This document shows positions 34,734-43,379 of a stretch of 43,379 nucleotides of DNA, in pieces. The notes beneath the pieces are model-generated. The model did no database searches, was not told where the DNA came from, and saw nothing but the letters and a program-made list of their open reading frames with translations. Within the stretch, counting starts at the first letter, position 1, and each line of letters starts with the position of its first letter. A program made the translations under genes and the position numbers. Source of the DNA: Candidatus Limnocylindrales bacterium. Its GTDB lineage: Bacteria > Chloroflexota > Limnocylindria > Limnocylindrales > CSP1-4. The stretch is taken from NCBI GenBank assembly GCA_040883225.1, contig JBFLKP010000115.1, forward strand, positions 1 through 43,379, given 5' to 3'.

Positions 34734-35289
34734 CGACGGCCTCCCCGCTCGCGACGGCCTCGGCCTCATCCCCACCCGGCATCGGCTGGCCGGGGATGAT
34801 CGAGCGCAGCGTCTTGCCGCGCCACTCCGAGAGCTCGGCAGCGGAGCGCATGGACCGCAACCCCTCCAGCGTGGCCCGGGTCACGTTGACCGGGTTGTTG
34901 GAGCCGAGCGACTTGGAGAGGATGTCGCGGATGCCCGCGGCCTCGACCACGGCACGCACGGACGCACCGGCGATGACGCCGGTACCCTGCGAGGCGGGCT
35001 TGAGCATGACGGTGCTGGCACCGTATCGCTGCAGGACCTCGTGCGGCACGGTGGTGCCCACGAGCGGCACCTTGATGAGGTTCTTCTTGGCGTCCTCGAC
35101 GCCTTTGCGGATGGACTCCGGTACCTCGCCGGCCTTGCCCAGGCCGACGCCGACATGTCCCTCGCCATCACCGACGACGACGACCGCGGAGAAGCTGAAG
35201 CGCCGACCACCCTTGACCACCTTGGCCACGCGGTTGATCTGGACGACTCGCTCCTCGAGCGCGAGCTTGCTTGGATCGATCCGAGCCAT
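34723..35289 (-). CDS. rpsE: 30S ribosomal protein S5
   Basis: [21 protein letters not shown] and KSLGSNNP.N. Confidence 0.98.
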   Translation of the reverse strand: MARIDPSKLALEERVVQINRVAKVVKGGRRFSFSAVVVVGDGEGHVGVGLGKAGEVPESIRKGVEDAKKNLIKVPLVGTTVPHEVLQRYGASTVMLKPASQGTGVIAGASVRAVVEAAGIRDILSKSLGSNNPVNVTRATLEGLRSMRSAAELSEWRGKTLRSIIPGQPMPGGDEAEAVASGEAVDGR

Positions 35290-35297
35290 GGGCCCTC

Positions 35298-35660
35298 CTA
35301 GAACTCCAGGCCGGAATCGCGCGCGCCCTCTGCGAGCGCACGGACCCGTCCGTGGTACTTGAACCCGGCGCGGTCGAACACGACTCGCTCGACTCCAGCG
35401 GCCTTGGCGCGATCACCCACGAGGGTGCCCACCTGCTTGGCGCGCTCGGTCTTGGTGCCACCGGCGCCCTTGACCTCGGCTTCCGTCGAGGAAGCGCTGG
35501 CGAGAGTGTGCCCGGTGGCGTCGTCGATGACCTGGGCGTAGATCTGGTTGATGCTCCGGAAGACCGCCAGGCGCGGTCGCTCAGCGGACCCCGCCACGCG
35601 AAGGCGGAGCCGCGAGTGACGCTTCTGACGTGCGGCGGAGCGGCTTCTGGCCGTTGGCAT
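35298..35660 (-). CDS. rplR: 50S ribosomal protein L18
   Basis: [16 protein letters not shown] and FDRAG..YHGRV. Confidence 0.97.
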   Translation of the reverse strand: MPTARSRSAARQKRHSRLRLRVAGSAERPRLAVFRSINQIYAQVIDDATGHTLASASSTEAEVKGAGGTKTERAKQVGTLVGDRAKAAGVERVVFDRAGFKYHGRVRALAEGARDSGLEF

Positions 35661-35685
35661 CGCGGTTCGTCGGTCTCCTGCTAGC

Positions 35686-35728
35686 GGTCGGGGGGGCGAC
35701 ACGGGGGCCCCCCCCGCCCCCCACGACC
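35686..35728. repeat. G/C-homopolymer inverted repeat in the rplF-rplR spacer
   Basis: GGTCG-G6-CG..CG-C6-(A)-CGACC, a 13-bp stem with one bulge. Confidence 0.6.
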
Positions 35729-35760
35729 AGGGTTGTCTCGATGGGATGGGCCGGGGCGAC

Positions 35761-36309
35761 CTAGGCGCCGCCGATCTTGCCGGCCTTGCCGGCCTTGCGG
35801 CGCACGACCTCGCCCGCGTAGCGGACGCCCTTGCCCTTGTACGGCTCGGGCTTGCGCGTGGCGCGCACCTGCGCGGCGATCTCCCCGACCAGCTGCTTGT
35901 CGATGCCGGTCACGGCGACCTTGTTGGGGTTCTCGACGGTGAATGTGATGCCCTCGGGCGGGTCGATCTCGATAGGGTGGCTGTAGCCCAGGTTGAGCTG
36001 CAGCTTCTTGCCCACGAGCTGGGCGCGGTAGCCGACGCCCTGGATCTCCAGGTTGCGGGTGTACCCCTCGGTCACGCCCACGACCATGTTGTTGATGAGG
36101 GTGCGGGTCAGGCCATGGAGCTCGCGCGAACGCTTCTCCTCGTTGGGCCGCTCGACGCGCAGCTGGCCGTCCTCGGAGACGACCGACAGCACCGGCGTGA
36201 TCTCACGCTCGAGCTCACCCTTGGGGCCCTTGACCTTGATGTGATGGCCCTCCACGGCGACGTCGACGCCGGAGGGGATGGTGATGGGAAGCTTGCCGAC
36301 TCGTGACAT
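35761..36309 (-). CDS. rplF: 50S ribosomal protein L6
   Basis: MSRVGK, KGPKG, GVGYRA, LGYSHP and PEPYKGKG. Confidence 0.98.
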   Translation of the reverse strand: MSRVGKLPITIPSGVDVAVEGHHIKVKGPKGELEREITPVLSVVSEDGQLRVERPNEEKRSRELHGLTRTLINNMVVGVTEGYTRNLEIQGVGYRAQLVGKKLQLNLGYSHPIEIDPPEGITFTVENPNKVAVTGIDKQLVGEIAAQVRATRKPEPYKGKGVRYAGEVVRRKAGKAGKIGGA

Positions 36310-36316
36310 CGTTCGC

Positions 36317-36712
<396 letters not shown>

Positions 36713-36716
36713 GGAC

Positions 36717-36902
36717 CTACCAGCTCGACTTGGTGACGCCCGGCAGCTCGCCCAGCAGGGCGCGCTCCCGGAAGCAGATGCGGCACAGGCCGAAGCGACG
36801 CATATAGGCGCGCGAGCGGCCGCACACGAAGCAGCGGTGGTAGGAGCGCACGGGGAAGCGCGAGCCGCGCTTCGCCTTGGCGATCATGGACTTCTTGGCC
36901 AT
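36717..36902 (-). CDS. rpsZ: 30S ribosomal protein S14, type Z (zinc-binding)
   Basis: 61 aa, with [24 protein letters not shown]. Confidence 0.97.
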   Translation of the reverse strand: MAKKSMIAKAKRGSRFPVRSYHRCFVCGRSRAYMRRFGLCRICFRERALLGELPGVTKSSW

Positions 36903-36913
36903 TCGGTCGCTCC

Positions 36914-37456
36914 TTAGTTCTCGAAGGGCATGCCGAGGAGGGCCAGCAGACGCTGTCCTTCCTCGTCGGTCTTGGCGGTGGTGACGACCGTCATCTCCAG
37001 CCCGCGCAGGCGATCGACCTTGTCGTAGTCGATCTCCGGGAACGCGAGCTGTTCTCGCAAACCCAGCGAATAGTTGCCGCGCCCGTCGAACGACTTGGAG
37101 GGTACCCCTCGGAAGTCACGGATGCGGGGCAGGGCCAGCCGGGTGAGCCGCTCGAGGAAGTCCCACATGCGCTGGCCACGAAGGGTGACCTTGACGCCGA
37201 TGGTGTTGCCCTCACGGATCTTGAACTGGGCGATGGAACGGCGCGCCTTGGTGACCACCGGCTTCTGCCCGGTGATGGTGGTCATGTCGGCCACGGCGGC
37301 TTCGACGGCCTTGCTGTTGGTGAGTGCCTCACCCAGGCCGATGTTGACGGTGATCTTGGTCAGGCGCGGCACCATCATGGGGTTCTGATAGTCGAACTCC
37401 TTGAGGAGAGCCGGCACGACCTCTTCTTCGTAACGCTGTCGCAGTCCGCTGCTCAC
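36914..37456 (-). CDS. rplE: 50S ribosomal protein L5
   Basis: [21 protein letters not shown] and FDGRGNY. Confidence 0.98.
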   Translation of the reverse strand: MSSGLRQRYEEEVVPALLKEFDYQNPMMVPRLTKITVNIGLGEALTNSKAVEAAVADMTTITGQKPVVTKARRSIAQFKIREGNTIGVKVTLRGQRMWDFLERLTRLALPRIRDFRGVPSKSFDGRGNYSLGLREQLAFPEIDYDKVDRLRGLEMTVVTTAKTDEEGQRLLALLGMPFEN

Positions 37457-37914
37457 TACTTGGCCTCCGCTCGGGTCACGGACTCGCTGCAGTGCTTGCA
37501 GGTGCGGATGCTGCGGCCGTCGCCGGAGCGCTCGTGGCGAACGCGGGTCGGGCGCGAGCAATTCGGACAGACGAGCATGACGTTGCTGATGGCGATGGGC
37601 TGTGGGATGTCCAGGATGCCGCCCTGCTGGATGCGGGGCTGACGCTCGGTCCGGCCCGCCACCTGGCGCGGCTTCGTGTGCCGCTTGGCGACGTTGATGC
37701 CCTCGATGACGACGGCAGCGCCGGACAGAGGTGCCTTGTCCTGCCAGCCGGAGCCGAACCGCTCGGTCGAGCGGGCCCAGCCCTGCTGATGGCGCAGCAC
37801 CCTCTGGACGACCCCGCGCTTGCCGGCGTCCTTGCCCTTGAGCACCACGACCTCGTCACCGGTACGCAGGTCCGGGACGCGGGTGTGGCGGCGAGGCTTG
37901 ACTGACGGTGCCAT
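37456..37914 (-). CDS. rplX: 50S ribosomal protein L24 with internal insertion
   Basis: KOW motif [33 protein letters not shown] and CPNC..CKHC. Confidence 0.95.
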   Translation of the reverse strand: MAPSVKPRRHTRVPDLRTGDEVVVLKGKDAGKRGVVQRVLRHQQGWARSTERFGSGWQDKAPLSGAAVVIEGINVAKRHTKPRQVAGRTERQPRIQQGGILDIPQPIAISNVMLVCPNCSRPTRVRHERSGDGRSIRTCKHCSESVTRAEAK

Positions 37915-38283
37915 CTACAGCACCTCCGGGGCGAGCGAGATGATCTTCATGTAGTCACGGTCACGCAGCTCACGAGCCACGGGGCCGAAGATGCGCGTGC
38001 CACGCGGGTTGCCCTGGTTGTTGATGAGCACGGCCGCGTTCTCGTCGAAGCGGATGTAGCTCCCATCCGGGCGCCCGTATTCCTTGGCCGTGCGCACGAT
38101 CACGGCCTGGACGATGTCGCCCTTCTTGACCGCGGCGTTGGGGATGGCCTGCTTGACCGAGGCCACGATGACGTCGCCGACGCTGGCCGTGGGCTTCTGT
38201 GAGCGGCCCAGGATGCGGATGCACTCGATGGTGCGGGCGCCGGTGTTGTCGGCCACGCGCAGGCGGCTGTTGGGCTGGATCAT
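37915..38283 (-). CDS. rplN: 50S ribosomal protein L14
   Basis: [27 protein letters not shown] and SLAPEVL. Confidence 0.98.
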   Translation of the reverse strand: MIQPNSRLRVADNTGARTIECIRILGRSQKPTASVGDVIVASVKQAIPNAAVKKGDIVQAVIVRTAKEYGRPDGSYIRFDENAAVLINNQGNPRGTRIFGPVARELRDRDYMKIISLAPEVL

Positions 38284-38723
38284 GCAGACGCCTCCTCGCC
38301 CTCCGCGGGCGCCTCGGCAGCGGCTTCCGCAGTGGGCTCGGCAGTCTCTGCCTCGTCGGTCCCGTCGGCCTTGGCCTTGCCCGGATGGGCCGCCATGTGG
38401 ATGGCCGCAGCCGTCTCGGCCTCCTCGGAGACCACGTCCTCGCCGGCACCGAGGCCGGCCTTGGCCACGATCTCGGTGAGGCGCCAGCGCTTGGTCCGCG
38501 AGAGGGGCCGAGCCTCCTCGATGCGGACGGTGTCGCCGACGTGGGCCTCGTTGTTCTCGTCATGCGCCTTGAACTTCGTGGTCAGGCGGATGACGCGCTT
38601 GTAGATGCGGTGGCGGGCAAGACGCTCGACGGAGACGACGATGGTCTTGTCCATCTTGTCGGAAACGACGCGGCCGACCTTGGCCTTGCGCTTTCCGCGC
38701 TCAGGTGCAGTGGCGGCGCTCAT
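38280..38723 (-). CDS. rpsQ: 30S ribosomal protein S17 with long C-terminal tail
   Basis: [15 protein letters not shown] and RPLSRTKRW. Confidence 0.97.
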   Translation of the reverse strand: MSAATAPERGKRKAKVGRVVSDKMDKTIVVSVERLARHRIYKRVIRLTTKFKAHDENNEAHVGDTVRIEEARPLSRTKRWRLTEIVAKAGLGAGEDVVSEEAETAAAIHMAAHPGKAKADGTDEAETAEPTAEAAAEAPAEGEEASA

Positions 38724-38960
38724 CTATTCTCCTCCGGCAGCCACGCTCGAACCGCTGACCGCGCCGCCCTCGAGCTTGCGCTCGGTCTGGACGGTCAGCA
38801 GGCGGGCGATGTCTTTGCGCGTCTGCGAGATCTGGCTGTAATCGGTGAGCTGGCGCGTGGCCAGCTGGAAACGCAGGTCATAGAGATGACGGCGGGCCGA
38901 CTCCAGCTCCTCGGCGAGCTCCTGCTCGGAGAGGCTGCGGGCCTTAGCGATCTCCATCAT
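38724..38960 (-). CDS. rpmC: 50S ribosomal protein L29
   Basis: [12 protein letters not shown] and [10 protein letters not shown]. Confidence 0.95.
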   Translation of the reverse strand: MMEIAKARSLSEQELAEELESARRHLYDLRFQLATRQLTDYSQISQTRKDIARLLTVQTERKLEGGAVSGSSVAAGGE

Positions 38961-39372
38961 GGACCCCCTCTCTGATCAGGACCTTGACGCTGGTGGGCAG
39001 CTTGTGGCTGGCCAGGCGCATGGCTTCGACCGCGTCCTCGTGGGGGACGCCTGCCATCTCGAACAGGATGCGGCCGGGCTTGACCACGGCGACCCAGTGG
39101 TCGGCCGCGCCCTTGCCCTTGCCCATCCGGACCTCGGCCGGCTTCTTGGTCACCGGCTTGTCGGGGAAGATACGGATCCAGATCTTGCCGCCACGGCGGA
39201 CGTAGCGGGTCATGGCACGACGAGCGGCCTCGATCTGGCGGCTGGTGATGTAGCCGGGTTCCTCGGTCATCAGCGCGTAGTCACCGAAGGCGATGGTCGA
39301 GCCACCCTTGGCGATGCCGCTCATGCGGCCGCGCTGCTGCTTGCGATGCTTGACGCGTCGGGGCATCAACAT
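38944..39372 (-). CDS. rplP: 50S ribosomal protein L16
   Basis: QIEAARRA and [19 protein letters not shown]. Confidence 0.98.
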   Translation of the reverse strand: MLMPRRVKHRKQQRGRMSGIAKGGSTIAFGDYALMTEEPGYITSRQIEAARRAMTRYVRRGGKIWIRIFPDKPVTKKPAEVRMGKGKGAADHWVAVVKPGRILFEMAGVPHEDAVEAMRLASHKLPTSVKVLIREGVHDGDR

Positions 39373-39375
39373 GCT

Positions 39376-40047
39376 CTATGCCCCTCCCCCGGCCGCGGCC
39401 TCGGCCGGCTGCTTCGTCTTCTCGGGCAGGATATCGCCGCGATAGATCCAGACCTTCACGCCGATGGCGCCGTAGGTGGTGCGGCTGAGGACCTGGCCGT
39501 AGCTGATGTCGGCACGTAGCGTGCCCAGCGGGATGCGGCCTTCCTTGTCCCACTCGCGGCGGGCCATTTCGGAGCCGCCAAGGCGGCCGGAGACCTGCAC
39601 CTTCACGCCCTTGGCGCCGGCCTTCATCGTCCGCTGGATGGACTGCTTGATGGCCTTGCGGAAGGCGATGCGGCGAGTCAGCTGCTGAGCGATGTTGGTG
39701 GCCACCAGAACGCCGTCGAGCTCCGGCTGGCGGATCTCGCGGATCTCCAGCTTGACCTTGCGGTCGGTGAGCTTGCCGACCGCCTGGCGCAGGCCTTCGA
39801 CGTTGGCACCGCCCTTGCCGATGACGATGCCCGGCTTGGCGGTGTGGACCGTCACGGTCACGTGGTTGATGCCGCGCTCGATCTCGACCAGCGAGACGCT
39901 GGCGTTGGCGAGGCGCTTCTTGACGAGCGTGCGGATGGCGATGTCCTCGCGCAGCAGCTCGGTGTACTCCTTGTCGGAGTACCACTTGGCGTTCCAGGTG
40001 CGCGAGACGCCCAGCCGGAAGCCGTTGGGGTGGACCTTGTGTCCCAT
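39376..40047 (-). CDS. rpsC: 30S ribosomal protein S3
   Basis: [34 protein letters not shown] and TLRADI. Confidence 0.98.
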   Translation of the reverse strand: MGHKVHPNGFRLGVSRTWNAKWYSDKEYTELLREDIAIRTLVKKRLANASVSLVEIERGINHVTVTVHTAKPGIVIGKGGANVEGLRQAVGKLTDRKVKLEIREIRQPELDGVLVATNIAQQLTRRIAFRKAIKQSIQRTMKAGAKGVKVQVSGRLGGSEMARREWDKEGRIPLGTLRADISYGQVLSRTTYGAIGVKVWIYRGDILPEKTKQPAEAAAGGGA

Positions 40048-40052
40048 GTCCG

Positions 40053-40391
40053 CTAAGCCTCCCGGTTCTCGACCACGACCGTGACATGGGTCATGGGCTT
40101 GTTGATGGGGAACGCACGTCCCTGGGCGCGTGGGCGCCAGCGCTTGATCGTGGGTCCCTCGTTGGCGGTGGCTTCCGCGACGAAGAGCTCGTCAGCGGGA
40201 AGGTCGTGGTTGTTCTCCGCGTTGGCCGTGGCGCTGTCAAGCACCTTGGCCACATCGCGGGCGGCACCCTGCGGCATGAAGCGCAGGATGGCCGCGGCCT
40301 CCTCCACCGGACGCCCGACGATGGCCTGGGTCACCAGGCGCGTCTTGCGCGTGGAGCGGCGGATGTACTTGGCGGTAGCAGAAACTCGCAT
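40053..40391 (-). CDS. rplV: 50S ribosomal protein L22
   Basis: SATANAENN and [16 protein letters not shown]. Confidence 0.97.
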   Translation of the reverse strand: MRVSATAKYIRRSTRKTRLVTQAIVGRPVEEAAAILRFMPQGAARDVAKVLDSATANAENNHDLPADELFVAEATANEGPTIKRWRPRAQGRAFPINKPMTHVTVVVENREA

Positions 40392-40399
40392 CGAGACTC

Positions 40400-40684
40400 C
40401 TACTTCAGCGCCGAGGACCGCTCGGTGTGACGCCCGTGGCCGCGATAGTTGCGGGTGGGGGCGAACTCACCGAGACGGTGGCCGACCATGTTTTCCGAGA
40501 TGAACACCGGGATGTGCTTCTTGCCGTTGTAGACGGCGATGGTGTGCCCGATGAAATCAGGGAAGATGACGCTGGCACGCGACCACGTCTTCATCACCTG
40601 CTTCTCGTTGTTCTTGTTCATCGTCTGCACGCGGGCCAGGAGCCGCTGCTCGACGTACGGGCCCTTCTTCAGGGAACGCGACAT
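40400..40684 (-). CDS. rpsS: 30S ribosomal protein S19
   Basis: RSLKKGP, KTWSR and [13 protein letters not shown]. Confidence 0.98.
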   Translation of the reverse strand: MSRSLKKGPYVEQRLLARVQTMNKNNEKQVMKTWSRASVIFPDFIGHTIAVYNGKKHIPVFISENMVGHRLGEFAPTRNYRGHGRHTERSSALK

Positions 40685-40699
40685 GTCGCTTCTCCTTGC

Positions 40700-41527
40700 C
40701 TACTTGCGGTGACGCGAGGTCGCGATGAGGCGACCCGACTTCTTGTTGCGGCGGGTGCGGTGGCCCATGGCGGGCGCACCCCAGGGGGTCTTCGGTGGCA
40801 TGCCCGTGGGCGACTTGCCCTCGCCACCGCCGTGGGGATGGTCCCTGGGGTTCATGACCACGCCGCGGACCTCCGGGCGCTTGCCCAGGTGTCGGGCGCG
40901 ACCGGCCTTGCCCAGGCTCTGATTCTCGTGGTCGATGTTGCCGACCTGGCCGACGGTGGCCATGCAGCGCATGTCCACCCGGCGCACCTCGCCCGAAGGC
41001 AGGCGCACGAGGGCGTACTGACCTTCCTTGGCCATCAGCTGCGCCGAGGTGCCTGCGGAGCGGACGATCTGGCCGCCCTTGCCGGGCACCAGCTCGATGT
41101 TGTGCAGCTGCGTGCCCAGCGGGATGGCCTTCAGCGGCAGCGCGTTGCCCACGCGAGCCTCGGCCTTGGAGCCGGCGACGACGACGTCGCCGACCCGGAG
41201 ACCGTTGGGCACCAGGATGTAGCGCTTCTCGCCGTCAGCGTAGTGGAGCAGGCCGATGCGGGCCGAACGGTTGGGGTCGTACTCGATGGTGGCGAGCTTC
41301 GCGGGCACGTCCCACTTGTCGCGCTTGAAGTCGATGCGCCGGTAGTTGCGCTTGGCGCCGCCGCCACGATGACGGACGGTCATGCGGCCTTGCGAGTTGC
41401 GCCCGGAGCCGCGCTTCTTCGACTCCACCAGCGGCTTGTGGGGCGTCTCGGTGGTGATCTCCTCGAAGGTCGACCGCGTCATGAAGCGGCGACCGGGGGA
41501 GGTCGGCTTGTAGCCTCGGATAGGCAT
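40700..41527 (-). CDS. rplB: 50S ribosomal protein L2
   Basis: [19 protein letters not shown] and [13 protein letters not shown]. Confidence 0.99.
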   Translation of the reverse strand: MPIRGYKPTSPGRRFMTRSTFEEITTETPHKPLVESKKRGSGRNSQGRMTVRHRGGGAKRNYRRIDFKRDKWDVPAKLATIEYDPNRSARIGLLHYADGEKRYILVPNGLRVGDVVVAGSKAEARVGNALPLKAIPLGTQLHNIELVPGKGGQIVRSAGTSAQLMAKEGQYALVRLPSGEVRRVDMRCMATVGQVGNIDHENQSLGKAGRARHLGKRPEVRGVVMNPRDHPHGGGEGKSPTGMPPKTPWGAPAMGHRTRRNKKSGRLIATSRHRK

Positions 41528-41529
41528 GC

Positions 41530-41832
41530 TCAGACTCCCTCGAAGAACTCGATCGAGTCGCCGGCCTTGATGGTCACGACGGCCTTCTTCCAGGGAGACG
41601 TGTAGCCGACCTGGCGCCCGCGACGGCGGTTGCGGGACTTCTCCTTGCGCTTCGTGGTCATCACGTTGACGTGGGTGACGGTGACCTTGAAGAGCTCCTC
41701 CACGGCCGCCTTGATCTGCATCTTGTTGGCCCCGTCGGCGACGGCGAAGGTGTACTTGTTGACGGTGGACTGATCCATCGACTTCTCGCTGATGACCGGC
41801 CGAAGGACGATCTGCGTGGCCTCGAGGGTCAT
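41530..41832 (-). CDS. rplW: 50S ribosomal protein L23
   Basis: [21 protein letters not shown] and WKKAVVT. Confidence 0.97.
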   Translation of the reverse strand: MTLEATQIVLRPVISEKSMDQSTVNKYTFAVADGANKMQIKAAVEELFKVTVTHVNVMTTKRKEKSRNRRRGRQVGYTSPWKKAVVTIKAGDSIEFFEGV

Positions 41833-42452
41833 GCGTACACCTCCGACATGGTCGAGATCGAGGGCTTGGTGATGACGATGGCGTCGGCGTCGATGACGTC
41901 GACGATGTTGAGCGAGTCGGAGCGGATGACGACGAGATCGGGCACGTTGCGCGCGGAGAGCTCGAGGGCCTCGTTCTTGCCGTCCTCGACCACGAGCACC
42001 TTGCCCGAGGCCTGCAGCGAGCTGAGATGCCCGAGCAGCTGCGCCGTCTTGATCTCGCCGAGCTCGAGGTCGTTGACGACCTTGATCACGCCGTCGTCGA
42101 ACTTGCTCGTGAGCGCACCGACGAGGGCCAGCCGCCGCATGCGCTTGGGCATGCGCTTGTCGTAGCTGCGCGGGCTGGGCCCGAACACGACGCCGCCACC
42201 CTTGTAGTGGGGCGCGGAGCGAGTGCCCTGGCGGGCCCGGCCGGTGCCCTTCTGGCGGTACGGCTTGCGGCCACCGCCGCGGACCTCGGAGCGCGTCTTG
42301 ACCTTGGCCGTGCCGACGCGGCGACCGGCCAGCTGAGCCACCACGGCCTGGTGCATGACGGCCGTGTTCACCGGCGCCGCGAACAGCGCGTCCGGCAGGT
42401 CGATGGTGCCGGCCTCGGAGCCGGTCTTGTCGAAGAGCGGGGTCGTGGGCAT
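41829..42452 (-). CDS. rplD: 50S ribosomal protein L4
   Basis: [25 protein letters not shown] and [11 protein letters not shown] at 42452. Confidence 0.98.
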   Translation of the reverse strand: MPTTPLFDKTGSEAGTIDLPDALFAAPVNTAVMHQAVVAQLAGRRVGTAKVKTRSEVRGGGRKPYRQKGTGRARQGTRSAPHYKGGGVVFGPSPRSYDKRMPKRMRRLALVGALTSKFDDGVIKVVNDLELGEIKTAQLLGHLSSLQASGKVLVVEDGKNEALELSARNVPDLVVIRSDSLNIVDVIDADAIVITKPSISTMSEVYA

Positions 42453-42456
42453 GGGA

Positions 42457-43065
42457 CTAGGCCTTCCTGACCACGACGAGCGCGTTCCGGGGCCCGGGGA
42501 CCGGACCCTTGACGAGCAGCAGGTTGCGCTCGGCATCGGTGCGCACGATGGTGGCGTTCCTGACGGTGACCCGCTCATGGCCCATGTGGCCCGCCATGGC
42601 GGAGCCGCGAAAGACCTTGCCCGGGTAGGTGCCGCCGCCGACCGAGCCGGGGGCACGGTGCGAGTCGGACCCGTGGGTCTCGGGACCACGGCGGAAGTGG
42701 TGACGCTTGATGGTGCCCGCGAAGCCCTTGCCCTTGGAGGTGCCGCTGATGTCCACGGACTCACCGTCCTCGAAGAGGCTCACGTCGAGGGTCTGGCCGA
42801 CCTCGTAGTCGCCCACGTCATCGACGCGGAACTCGCGGACGTCGCGCACCTTGGGCAGGTCCTTGAGCTGACCCGCACGGGGCTTGGTCGTGCGCCGGGC
42901 CGTGCCCGCGCCGACCTGGACGGCGGTGTAGCCGTCTCGCTCCTGGGTGCGGAGCAGGGTCACGGTATTGGGTTCGACGGCCAGCACGGAAACCGGCACC
43001 ATCGTGCCGTCCTCCGCGAAGACCTGTGTCATTCCGACCTTGCGGCCGATCAGTCCGATACTCAT
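42457..43065 (-). CDS. rplC: 50S ribosomal protein L3
   Basis: KVGMTQ, DGY.AVQ, SKGKGFAG, HRAPGS and KGPVPG. Confidence 0.98.
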   Translation of the reverse strand: MSIGLIGRKVGMTQVFAEDGTMVPVSVLAVEPNTVTLLRTQERDGYTAVQVGAGTARRTTKPRAGQLKDLPKVRDVREFRVDDVGDYEVGQTLDVSLFEDGESVDISGTSKGKGFAGTIKRHHFRRGPETHGSDSHRAPGSVGGGTYPGKVFRGSAMAGHMGHERVTVRNATIVRTDAERNLLLVKGPVPGPRNALVVVRKA

Positions 43066-43374
43066 TTACATCCTGATCTCGATGTCGACGCCCGCGGCCA
43101 GCGACAGCCGCATCAGTGCGTCGACGGTCTTCGATGACGGGTCCAGGATGTCGATGAGCCGCTTGTGCGTGCGGATCTCGAACTGCTCCCGGGAGTCCTT
43201 GTCGATGAACGGGGACCGCAGGACGGTGAACTTCTCGATACGGGTCGGCAGCGGTACCGGGCCGACGACCTCGGCACCGGTGCGCTGGGCCGTCTCCACG
43301 ATCTGGAGCGCGGACTGGTCCAACAGCCGGTGATCGTATGCCTTGAGGCGGATCCGGATCCGCTGCCTCGCCAT
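43066..43374 (-). CDS. rpsJ: 30S ribosomal protein S10
   Basis: [16 protein letters not shown] and DSREQFE.RTHKR. Confidence 0.98.
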   Translation of the reverse strand: MARQRIRIRLKAYDHRLLDQSALQIVETAQRTGAEVVGPVPLPTRIEKFTVLRSPFIDKDSREQFEIRTHKRLIDILDPSSKTVDALMRLSLAAGVDIEIRM

Positions 43375-43379
43375 ACCCC

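Overview
High-GC (about 70% by eye) bacterial chromosomal core region. Gene content and protein style suggest Chloroflexota, possibly Limnocylindria-like (inference, no search run). About 17.5 kb on the minus strand (25957-43374) is the S10-spc-alpha ribosomal superoperon, from rpsJ to rplQ, followed by truA, rplM and rpsI. It continues on the same strand with a TPR protein, cdaA-cdaR-glmM-glmS-acpS-nnrD-alr, three poorly characterised genes, tsaE-tsaB-rimI-tsaD-rsmA-ispE-ridA, an oppositely oriented ferritin, glmU and a CNNM/CorC-type transporter. The left end holds a polyprenyl synthase, recO, glyQS and a convergent nfnAB-like pair. No mobile element, CRISPR array, tRNA or rRNA was seen. The best candidate for an undescribed system is the module at 14002-18306: an atypical PLP racemase, a small helical protein, an orphan GlmL-like actin-fold protein and a barrel-sandwich/KOW-like partner, with no B12 mutase in the window. 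Also notable are several apparent leaderless promoters, structured spacers inside the ribosomal operons, and long tails or insertions on ribosomal proteins.
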